From assembly GCA_965202585.1 (NCBI GenBank), contig CBDBBG010000051.1, forward strand, positions 1 to 64,000: a DNA stretch of 64,000 bases, written 5' to 3'. The notes beneath the pieces are model-generated. The model was not told the origin of the DNA. It worked only from the letters and a program-made list of their open reading frames with translations, and did no database searches. The position numbers and the translations under genes were made by a program. Source of the DNA: Thalia democratica. Lineage: Eukaryota. Of the stretch, positions 1-10,943 are shown in pieces; the stretch's first letter is position 1, and each line of letters starts with the position of its first letter.

Positions 1-1580
1 AAACCCGGATCCGGCAGAATACTAATTTTATGGATTCAGTAGATAATTAACAAATAATTTTTGTAATCAAATAATTTATTCAAAACTACTGACTTTAGAA
101 CATTTTAGCAAAATAAATACTATTTAAATTAGCTTCAGAAAGTAAATAAAATATTTTGTTTAAATGATAAATTGTGTTTTAACAAACTCATAATAACACA
201 TTAGAATTTATTTATTGTTAAGTATGTTATCAAAAAACTATCCAAAATATTGCGAAGAAATTTATGATTAGTAATAAAAGTAACTGAAGCTTCTAAAGGT
301 AATACAAGTTTGGAATACTTTGCAAAAACTTATATTACAATAGCATTATAAAAACATCAGTTACTACACATAGTATGCTTAAAAACTTTTTTAATATTTA
401 ACACATTAGAAAACTTTGAAAAATTTGATTTGATTTGAAAAACTTAACTTCAATCCAAGAATTGAATATCTTTTAGAAAGAAACTTGAAAAATTTAAGTT
501 ATAAGTTTATTAATTGTATATTCCAAAAACACTTATTCTGGTATTTAGAAAACATTTAAATCGAAAAAAGGTTAAACTAAAAACTGTTGTTGTAGTGCAA
601 TTTTACAAAGTTTAAATATCTTAACTCAATAATGAAATAAAAAAGGTTACATCATATTAAAGTAGAAACATTGAAATACGAAAATTAAACAAAAGTTTTT
701 AAACTTAATTTAATAACAGTTTTCTAAATAAACTGCATGATAAATTATGAACTCTCTAACTATAAAACTTCAGAAAATTATCATACCTTGAAACAATAAG
801 TACCTAAACTCTCCAATAAAAGGTTGACACGACTTGAAGAAAAACAAGTTACCATTGTTTTAGAGAAGTTAGTAAAAATACTGCTAATTAACCTTGAGTA
901 CCTAAAAATATCATTAAGATAATAAAGCTACTTAATATTTGAAAGGCAAAGATGCTTATTAAGAAACAAAACATTTCTAAAACATAAAAACAAGACTTAT
1001 TTTAAAGGTCAAGAAACATTTTAAGCAAATTAAACTTAGTTTTTTTTTGTTAATTAAAACAAGCCTGAATTTTTTATTTACTCAGAAAAGTTATGTGTGG
1101 CAACCATGCTACGAGTTCTAAACGAATTTAAATAGATGATTAATTTTTATTTAATTGAAATTGAATAACTGTTGTGTCATAAATTTGGAACCAGTAGAAA
1201 ACTTATGTACTCAATAGAGCTTTGTATATCACTCAAAATTATAGAAAGACGGTGCAAAAAAAGTTCTCTTAGTTTTTAATATTAACTTAAGTTTAAAACT
1301 TGGAAAAATGTCATGATCAAAAAAATTATCACTTACTTCAACATGTATAAAAATATTTCTGTCAAGCTTGTTTTCAGATAAAATACTTACAAAATTTCTT
1401 CTATTAGCAAAAAAGCTTAAATTTTTTCTGAGAAATATACTATCATACTTGCAAAGCATTTTTTGTTTTAAACTTCTCAATCAATACGCAGGTAAAACAT
1501 TAATTAAAACATACTGAATAAAATAGTAATATGATCGTGCTAAAATGCTTGCGTTCAACATTACAACAAATCAAACATTT

Positions 1581-4500
1581 TCACGATTTAAACAAGCAGC
1601 TGAACAGTTTGGGCACCAGAACGGGCATCAACCCGGCAACCACAGCCACGATCATGTTCTTGTGCTCCCACAAAAACCCCCTGTTGCGAGAACGCCACTT
1701 TTCATGCACTTCCGCCATCCGCTCGCGACTCCTCCTGCTGATGTTCAGGCACGGCTCCACCTCCTCCAAACCGCACTCTCCGAGCAGGGAAATCCCCGAC
1801 AGCCCCATGTAGCTGTGGAGGGGGTCGGCGTGGACCTGCGGCCACTTGCCCATCCCCCCGGTCAGCGGGTCCTGGGTGGAGAGGACAAAGTGGACGGCTT
1901 CTTCCTTGGACACCGCGTCGAGGTGGCCGACAATCTTCAGGGTGGATCCGATCCAGAAGGTGTAGCAGGTGTCGTCGTCCTTGTGCGGTCGGCCGTGGAA
2001 CCCGCACCGCTGCCGCCACAGCAGCCAGTTGGTCAGCTTGTCCATCTTGCTTCCGCCCAGCACCTCGTCCAGCTTGCCCATCATCTTCAGCGAAGCCACC
2101 GCGCAGAACGTCGACCCGCCGTGGCTCTCGTTGCATCGTCCCTGGCCGAAACCTGTCGTTTGAAAGTTGATGGGTTTTTCACATCTCGCTTGGTTTTAAT
2201 ACTTTTTCAAAGGTTGTATAGTTAACATGGTATGAGAAAACGCTAGTGATTTTAAATAAAACAGCTGAAAGAATTTTTGAAGATTAAAATATATTTTCAA
2301 ATTTTTATTGTTACATTATTATACGTTTTACTTTGTTCATATGTTATTCTACAACACTAACCTCCGTCGTAGGAGAAACTGCTCGCGATGAACTCACACG
2401 CTTTTGTGACGTCGACGCACGAGAAGTCGTTGAGTATGGTGCACACGCACATGGCGCAGTACATGAACCTCATGTCCCTCTCGCCATTTTCCACGCACAT
2501 CTCCTTGAAACCACCGTCTTCCAGCTGGAGGGCTCTGATGCCTTCCAAGCAGCCTTTTCTGTTGATGAGTCAGTTGCTTGTTGCGTTAAGAAAAGAAATT
2601 GCTGTTTAGCACGTTTTGGTTTATTTTTTCTCAAAATAAGCGCTTGTGTTTATGTCAGTTTTGTTATACTTTCATTGCCTTGTATAAACACCACTATTGG
2701 TATCTTAAAAGTGCATACATCCATGTAGTTTATATTATTGAAGTTTGTGATTTAGTTAAAATTTAAGTGAAAATTAAAATGAGTCAATAGATAGAGATCT
2801 TTTTAAATATACACTTTATTGCCAATGATGTCATTAAAACAGAGAAATTCAAGTCTTGATGCTAACAAGTTTTACATCAGTGACTTTATACTTAAAGTAA
2901 AATACATTATTGACACTTAAAAAAAATACTGAGAAAGTCATGTAACTTGTTATAAATTATAAAAAGTTACTCAGTATAGTACACATTATTACACTCTTAG
3001 TTTTTTAATCAACACAACTTCTGAAGTAGTAAAACTTACTTAAGAAACTTTTTAACAGAAGTATCTAATACAGTTAAAACAAAACTTTTTATACTTAATA
3101 TACGTATAACTAATATATTAACATTGAATTACTAGTCTACATTAACGCTAACAAGTAATAGAAACAGAATCAAAACATGAAAACATTACTTTGCTGAAAA
3201 GAAAACTGCTGACTATCTTTGAATCAGTTTTGCTAAAAATAAAGAATGCTAGTATATGACAAAGGTAGCTAAAGGCTTTATGTTAAAGTTTATCTTAATA
3301 TAAATTAATATATAATGATATCAAAGATTAAATATACACCATAGCTTTACTGAGTGGAAACTTTATTTTTAATTTATTATATTTATTATAAACGAACATG
3401 TTCTATATCCTGTATATGATTATTGACTGTTAGAAAATAACACTGAAATAACTTTGAAAAATTAAAACAAATTAGTATGATTTAATTAATAGCTATAAAA
3501 GTTGACTTTTAGTACAGGCATCTTACATTTTTTTTAAACATGAATTTGCAATGTCTATAACTGAAAATCTGTTTATAAAGCTATAAAAATTCAATGTTAT
3601 ATAAAAATTATAATGTTATTGTAGTAGTTTAATTAAAATAAATTAAACAAATGTTTGATTGCTTATTATGTAACCTTTGAAAAAAAGTTTTAAATATATT
3701 TTCATAATCTTTTTTTGATTGAAAACTTTTGAAGTTTTATGTTTATTAAGCAAAATGTTATGAACACAAACAAATTTTAAATCTAATTTAAACCTACTTT
3801 ATAAATCACTGTAAAAATATTTTTAAATGCAGAAACTAGCGCATGTAGCAAAAAAAAAATAAATTGGTGATAATTTTAGTTCAAGAATTTTTCTTTTTAA
3901 CTTGAAGAATTTTTTGATCAACTCTGAGAGTGTTTGATAATTTAAATTTTAAATAACATTTAAAATGATAACAAACCTTTTTTTAAATCAAAGTCTATCG
4001 CTGTTAGACTAAAAGTTTTCTCAAAAATAGTTAATAAGCTAGTATAAAATTTAAAAAATTTTAAAGATGCAAAACTTTACTAAATTTGTCTCCATAATAT
4101 TTATCAAATTTATAAGAAAAGGTAATCAGACATTGTCAAACACAACTAATCAACTCTTATCAAATTATATAAAAAAAAAACAGTTCAATTAATCAACTAA
4201 ACAAATCTTATAGTACTTAAGATTTAGAAAGGACAAAAAAAAAGTACAAACCTGTCAACTCTTGACAAGTCATCCCCCAATATCAGCAATATCGACAGGG
4301 CGCAGTAAGTCATGGCAACGTGGGACGTGTTGTTTCCATTATCACACGCCCCATTAGAATCCCCTCCCATGAAACCGCACCTGTGCAAGTTGTCCCCGCT
4401 CTCATTGGATACTATCTGCAGCGAGTATATCCAATCGACAAGCTCTTCCTGATCTTTCAACACGTGGAGGGAATCCAACACGTCCAATGCCGACACGCAG

Positions 4501-4610
4501 AAGAAAATGATGGTGAGGCGTTGCGAGTCGAGCACACACATCTGGCTGGGCAGGGTGTTGAGGACCCGCGTGAAGTACTTGACGTGCTTCTCCTTGTAGA
4601 AATCACTCAT
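1581..4610 (-). CDS. PGGT1B: Geranylgeranyltransferase type I beta subunit, 3 exons: 4610-4252, 2558-2362, 2152-1581 (1128 nt, 375 aa + TGA)
   Basis: GT-AG introns (AG|GTTTGT...catcaacAG|A, phase 2; GAG|GTTAGT...aacgacAG|G, phase 1) join three track ORFs in frame: ...LSRVDRKGCLEGIRALQLEDGGF...SYDGGFGQGRCNESHGGSTFC... Family motifs present: RLTIIFF, HVAMTY, DMRFMYCA, ESHGGSTFC, GFHGRPHK, DTCYTFW (Zn ligands D, C), GKWP (the Lys that replaces Mg2+ in GGTase-I), DPLHSY (Zn ligand H). Confidence 0.96.
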
Positions 4611-5269
4611 GTGTTCGTTTTAATTTAAATTTTGCAATAATCTGTATGCAAAAGGTAGAAGTAGAATTTGATATAAGATTTTTTAAAGAGAATATTATAC
4701 TTAGTAAAAGTAGAAAAAAATCCCATGACCTCAAAATTTACTACTTAACCTATCAAACTAAAGAATACAATGCTTTATCATTTTTTGTTAACTTTTAACA
4801 TTTTCTTTTTAGTAAACTGATTAGTCTATATTTGCAACATGGATATTTTGTTTAGAAGATAAGACTTAACATAATTGTTCTCAGTAAAACCTGGGTAAAA
4901 ATAAAAAGCAGATGTATGTAAGTGAACTACTATATCTATTTCCAAGTATAAGTATATTTTTCATTTTTAGAAAAAAAAAACTATTTTGTTGAGATATGAA
5001 GTAAAATTATTTGAAATATCTTCATCAGTCAACTTACTAAGTGAAAATAACAATGGTATATGTTCAAGTACAAGTATATATAAATTGTGGAAAGCCTCAA
5101 GCTATCACTTGTATAACTTTATTATGTTGTTAACTATTTGACTTTTGAGGGTATCACTTTGCTAAAAATTAAATGTTGAGGAAAATGTGCAGGTTTAATA
5201 CTATAATGTAAAAGTCTTAAAAATGTTGTACACAAACTTTGAAACAAGAGTCTGGGTTAGTTTAGTTGA

Positions 5270-5370
5270 TTCACCTAGCCAAAAAAAAATTGTTATGATC
5301 AAAAGTGGTAACACTTTTTTAAGTAAACACTTTTCAAAAAAATAGAAATAACTGTATGATGTGTAATTGT
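5270..5370 (-). pseudogene. Possible decayed second exon of the cyclin K pseudogene (also 33112-33212, 60954-61054)
   Basis: A tttcAG acceptor at 5371-5373 is followed by frameshifted fragments (YFFEK...LPLL...FLA) at roughly the spacing of the cyclin box IYFHRF...FP...LFLAGK. Similarity is weak. Confidence 0.3.
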
Positions 5371-5547
5371 CTGAAACTGCTTGCAATATTTGCTTGTAAA
5401 AAGAGCTGTTAATTACAACTTCATAGTTGAAATATTTTTGGTTTTAATACAGATAAAGCATAAGTTAAAAACAAAAAATACATTGTGTAAGATGAATAGA
5501 ATTTACTAATTTATAATACAATAGATTAAGTTAAAAAAATTCAGGAC

Positions 5548-6021
5548 CAAGTAAAATAAATGACCCAAACTTTTGACAAGTTAAAAAATGACCTCGAAAG
5601 TGTCATTAAGTAAAAATAATGATCCCAGATATATTTTTACAACAAAAATTAACTATTTTCAATTAATTTTCACTTTGGTCACTTTTGCAACAATAAAAAT
5701 TTTGCAGGAATAAAAATAAAAACTTATCAAAAAATACCAACCAAGGATGAGGGTTAAGGGTAACAGTAATAATAAAAAAATATCGACCAAAAGTAAGGGG
5801 TAACAATGATAGTTAAAAAATAGTGATATTAAATATGTATACACTTATAATATAAATAATAATTTTTAATTACTGACCAAGTGTAAGGGTTATGGGTAAC
5901 AATGATAATTAAAGAATTAAGTAAAAATAATGAACCCAAAAATTGAACAAGTAAATAATATGTCCCTAGAAAAATTTGGATTGAGTAAAAATAATGACCC
6001 AAAAGTCATTTATTTTACTTG
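5548..6021. mobile_element. 474-bp MITE/foldback-like element in the putative cyclin K intron (also 33390-33863, 61232-61705)
   Basis: Perfect 17-bp inverted repeat CAAGTAAAATAAATGAC (5548-5564 / 6005-6021). About six direct internal variants of the motif, plus a thrice-repeated GGGTAACA(A)T. No clear target-site duplication. Confidence 0.6.
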
Positions 6022-6120
6022 ATTTCAAAAACAAAAACAATAGTAAAATCCAACAGACAGATATTTCAACTTGTTGTATGGACATGTGATAAAATAAAAT
6101 AAATTTAAAAGATCACTTAC

Positions 6121-6276
6121 AAACTTTCTTGTATGAACTTGAGTCCCTCACTCCTATACCTCAACTCAGTTTCAGAAGGAATTCCATCTTCAAAACTAGA
6201 TGTTTTCTTCAGACCAGCCTTCTCCTAATACCAAATAGGCTTGCTCAGTTTATAGAAGGTTTTTTGGTGATGACAT
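6121..6276 (-). pseudogene. CCNK: Cyclin K first coding exon, disabled by a +1 A in an A6 run (6260-6265) and a premature TAG (6225-6227)
   Basis: Translates MSSPK(fs)TFYKLSKPIWY*EKAGLKKTSSFEDGIPSETELRYRSEGLKFIQESL. This is 18/37 ungapped identities to the human cyclin K N-terminus as I recall it ([37 protein letters not shown]). An acceptor (ttctaacAG) lies upstream and a GTAAGT donor at 6120-6115. Confidence 0.82.
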
Positions 6277-7650
6277 TAAGTTGGTTTTAATATATTTTCT
6301 GTTAGAAGTTTAATAATTTGTAATACTAAGCTTTTACTTGTGTTGGGTATCTTGATAAAAATTTTCTTTTTATATAAATTAGTTTGTCTGTTTGTACTTA
6401 AAAGAATTTATAATTAGTTGTATGGTTTGAAAGTTTCAATGAGTTTAAAGATAAATTTAAGTTAATATAAATGAAACATTTTAGACCTCACAGCTCACAA
6501 GTAGTTAATGTTCATAACTTTTCAAAAACAGACTAAGTTCTAAGACATAATTAGTCTAGCAACATAAAAAGTTTTTACAGCAGTATTATATCAGCACTTA
6601 TTTAATTAAATAAACCAAATAAATGAGTTATGAAAAATTTAAACCGATAATATTTGTGGCTTAAAACTGAACTTGAACAATTTCAGAAATATCTTAATAT
6701 AATGATGGCACAATCATTCATGAATATTTTGATAATTGTGTCTTTATTTAGCATTCACTCACTATGAACAATGTGGCTTTTTATTTTCTACCTGCTTCAA
6801 AAAGTTGTTATATCAGTGACTACAAAAACTCAGTAGTTTTGGCAAATATGGCAAAACGATTGAAACTAAATTATAACTAAAATGAGTTTGCAAAAGTAAA
6901 GTGTAATGATATTACCTGATGAAAATAAAGGCTTTAAGCTAAATATAATTAATCTTATGCAAATTGTTAAGTAATAAACATGTTTAAAGAAAATAGAAAA
7001 AAAAAAATTGTAAAATTTAGAGTTGAGAACTTAGTTTATACTTTTTTATGAAGTTGTCAATGTAGTTTATATGAGCACAATGAATTACTGTAGCTTAAAT
7101 ATTAAACAATACGTTCAACCAATTATCTTTACTGCAGTAAAAAATGTAGAAATTAAGAAAAACTTCAAAAGAACAAACTGAAATGAAAATAAAATATAAA
7201 CAATTTATTTTTTACCAAAAAAAAAAGTATCTAAGGTTTAACATTATGTAAAATAAAAAGTATTTAGTGATCGAAAAAGCTAAAAACCACCCTGCTGTGC
7301 TAAGATAGTGTTTCAATTTGTAGTTTTTATGAATTTTGTAAAATCTTACATTTTAATGTGACATCACAACTAAATAGTGTTTTGCAAAATTATTTTTTTC
7401 AATGAATATTCATTTGAGAAAAGCACTTGTAGTAAAAACAGCTCTAGATGCTGTAAGTGTAAAGTAACTCTAAATCTTTTTTTTTCTTTTTTATACTGTC
7501 TATGTGAGCTACTTAAGCAAACTCTATTTGATTGTCAATATTCTTGAAGATAAAACTTGATAGTTGTGGCTCATTTTATCTTCTAAAAATCTTATGTTTG
7601 TACATTGTGTGAGTAAGTTTAAGAAAGCATTTGACCTAGTTTGGGAACCA

Positions 7651-8197
7651 ACAGTCTTGAAAGTTTATGTTGATAATCTATACTATTTCTCATGCAAATT
7701 CTTTAAAAAATGTTTTTAATTTATCTTCTAATTCATCATATAATGCATTCATTGTACTTACAGTCTTGAAAGTTTATGTTGATAAAATATACTATCTCTC
7801 ATGCAAATTCTTTGAAAAAAGTCTTTATTTTATCTTCTAATTCATCATATAATGCATTCATTGTACTTACAGTCTTGAAAGTTTATGTTGATAATCTATA
7901 CTATTTCTCATGCAAATTCATTGAAAAAGTCTTTATTTTATCTTCTTATTCATCATATAATGCATTCATTGTACTTACAGTCTTGAAAGTTTATGTTGAT
8001 AACATATACTATCTCTCATGCAAATTCTTTGAAAAAAGTCTTTATTTTATCTTTTAATTCATCATATAATGCATTCATTGTACTTACAGTCTTGAAAGTT
8101 TATGTTGATAATATATACTATTTCTCATGCAAATTCTTTGAAAAAATTCTTTATTTTATCTTTTAATTCATCATATAATGCACTCATTATACTTACA
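7651..8197. repeat. Tandem repeat, 5 units of 108-109 bp
   Basis: Unit starts (acagtcttgaaagtttatgttgata) at 7651, 7760, 7869, 7977, 8086. Confidence 0.95.
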
Positions 8198-10417
8198 TGA
8201 TGCTATAAAAAAATCATCAAGAGGCTTTAAAAACTTGCATCTCAGTCTTTGAAATCTTTAAAACATCATTGTAAAGTGAACTGAGTAGAAAAAATTTAAA
8301 AGAATTCTTTTGAAAATCTTTTGAACTTCTGTAAAATTTTAAAACTTCTAGGTTGTTTCAAATCCTTTGTCTTTATAAGTTGTAACTGTAGCTTTCTCCT
8401 CCATGTTGGGTTTAGGCAATGGATCACACTTTTTTGGATTCTGATTGAAGATTAGTACCTACTACAGCAGCTGTTGAGGTTAGTTTGTTTAATAGTTAAT
8501 CAGGTTGTTTTAATTTGTGCAAAACTTAGTATTTTTTGCTAGGGTTACCAGTCAGACTATTGAATATCAAAGTTAAGGATTTTTGGATATTATAATAAAA
8601 CTTGATATTTTGTCTCAACTTTTTACTTATTAATATTTGAGTCCTTTTGTTACTATTAAGTTTTTGGAGTGCTCATCCTTGAATAACATAAAGCTTTAGA
8701 TGTTAATTAAGTTTTGCACAAATTCAGACTAGCACTTTTATTAACAGAATGGTAATCTTGGTTTGTACCATTAACGTATATTTGTCTTGTTGGGCTTCAT
8801 TCTCCTAAGATTACTTGGCTACCTCAATAAAAAGCTTAAAGAAGACTCAAAAATAAATAAAATCATTAAAAAGTAGCAACATTTGTGTTAAAATTTATGA
8901 GCTTGTATAAAGAAGTGTTGTATTCATGAATGAAGCTCAAAGAGACAGTAAGCTAAATGTAGAAGTTTATTTACAACATAAAATTCAAGTTAATTAATTT
9001 TGATTGTATTAATGTAGTTTATATATTCATAGATTAATGATTTGTAAAAAGAAGTACTTCTTAAATTGTGCATAAAAGATAAGTAGCAAGAGTAATTATA
9101 AAACAAAGTGTTATTAGTTTCATAGATTGTTTTTTTTACAAAAGAAAACAGTTAAACCATATCAGGATTAGGTTTGCTAGTAAACAAAATGTTCCAAAAT
9201 TGTAAGTTTACATTCATATATTTACAAAGCAGTTCACAGCAAGCAAAATTTAAAAGTTGTTAGTGCATATGTGTATTGGGTTTATTCTTACCTTTGTTTA
9301 ATTTTTTTATTCTTCTATCACTAACTTCTTTCTCTTCTTTTATCTATCAATAATTTCTTTTGTTCATATGTTTGCACTAATAAGCTTTTGACAACAACTT
9401 GCTGTACTGTTTTTTATGTATATGACAAATTTAAAGACTAAATTTTGGGAATACTATAAATATTAGTTTAATAGAGCCATGAAGATTTTAAGTGATGTTA
9501 AATGCAGAGTATTTAAGATGCAAGTATTTGACAAAATTTAAAATGAACTACATGCTACCAAACATATGTTATTGACACAAAGTAGTATGGTTTAACTGTT
9601 TTAGTTTGTGACAATGTATAAAAAAGATAAATTGAAATCAGAAAATGTCTTTATTTTATATGCACAATTTAAGAAACAGACAATAAGTTGTTTTAATTCA
9701 ATTGTTAGTACACTAAGCATTCAAAGTTTAAGTCTATTATTAAATATATGAAGTAAATTAAAGACTACCAGTTAGTAAATAGTAATGGTAGTAAAAGTGC
9801 ATGAGAAACCTTTGTAGTTAATAGATTGGTAGATAGTTACTTAACAATTAGCCCAACGTAACTGTCATGGAAAACTTTAGCTTATGTAAGTTACATGTAA
9901 AATGATATCCTGTAGTAGGAACAGTACAAAACTGAAGTTAAACAAAAAAAACAAACAATTTTTTACATTATGTTCTTTGACAAAAACATATTTGTTACTG
10001 AAATCTAAATAAATTCAACCTGTTTAGTTGAATCTTAAGTGTTTATTTATTTTTGAATAACTAAAGTTTTATACTGTTTTGAATAGATTATAAAAGTAAA
10101 TCAATTTACGTAAGCAAGTTAACTGACTATTGTTTGAATATAAATAGAGTACAGTTCAATCATATAAATAGATTTGTGTATGTACACATTTAAAAAATCT
10201 GTAGTTTCATATTAATCTTTCTTTTTTTATTTGCTTTATTTTCTGTCATTGAAAAGCACACCTATCTATGAGATTGATGAACTGTTTTCTATGTACATGT
10301 AAAACATTAGGTAATTAACTAGGATAATGTAATATCTTAAACTATATTCATTTAATTTAGGCTGTACTAAACCATAACTAAAGAATGCAATTATAACTAA
10401 GTCAATACATCTATAAG

Positions 10418-10725
10418 GTTTATTCTAAGAAGTACGCACCCGCATTAAGTACGCACTAAATTTTTTTATTTCACATTCCCTGTTACAAGTAAAGGTTATT
10501 TTTAAGAAGTACGCATCCACGTAAGGTACGCACTAAATTTTTAAGCCCCCACACCCATATTTTCAAAAATGGGGAATCCCCCAAACCGAAAACATAGTGA
10601 GATTTATTGATGGAGATTATTTAAATTTATTTTTTAAGGCATTTCGCCGGCTCCGCCGGCGAAAAATTTTTCACATTTTTCCTTTTCCCTTTTTCTCCAC
10701 GGCCTTACTTCTTGAAGGCCACCTT
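10418..10725. mobile_element. GC-rich non-autonomous element-like relic with repeated GTACGCA motifs and two hairpins (also 38260-38567)
   Basis: 77-bp-period direct repeat (TAAGAAGTACGCA at 10426 and 10503). Perfect hairpin TTTCGCCGGC-TCC-GCCGGCGAAA at 10642-10664. Terminal hairpin GGCCTT-N8-AAGGCC at 10701-10720, followed by a T run. Family assignment is uncertain. Confidence 0.4.
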
Positions 10726-10943
10726 TTTCTGTCAAATGGACCGTGAGTAGCGTAACTGTCAAACAAATATGTGTTGTATTTGTACGGTCTTTATCTGTTA
10801 TCTTTTACTAACCTTGAGCTTATATGATCTAATTTATCAATGTATAACCATTAAAGGCCTGACGGTAATATCGGTTGATAGTTTATTAATTATTGACTGA
10901 GTGGTTTTGTATTGGTGAGTTTGAAAAGTAAGTTTTAGGTAGC

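Noticed and set aside
1229-1480. 83-aa minus ORF, and similar 61-97 aa ORFs at 5659, 14907, 20209, 23304 and 27533
   Set aside because: F/K/I/L/N-rich translations expected from ~75-80% AT DNA, with no motifs or codon signal.
1531-2225. Overlapping ORFs of 93, 226, 144 and 64 aa (and their B/C copies)
   Set aside because: They lie antisense or out of frame over GC3-rich PGGT1B exon 3, where stops are scarce. They have no recognisable motifs: shadow ORFs.
4224-4251. C-terminal FVLFFCPF of the 128-aa track ORF
   Set aside because: Intron read-through past the AG|GTTTGT donor. Splicing restores family homology.
2333-4628. Plus-strand ORFs of 131, 73 and 102 aa
   Set aside because: Antisense shadows of PGGT1B exons 2 and 1.
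6700-6920. BRICHOS-domain relic (IIHE..., KSCYI)
   Set aside because: Spacing is off and the second conserved Cys region is not evident; too weak to name.
7651-8197. CRISPR-like array or 93-aa repeat-protein gene
   Set aside because: Units are contiguous with no unique spacers, there are no cas genes, and the context is eukaryotic. The 109-bp period is not a multiple of 3.
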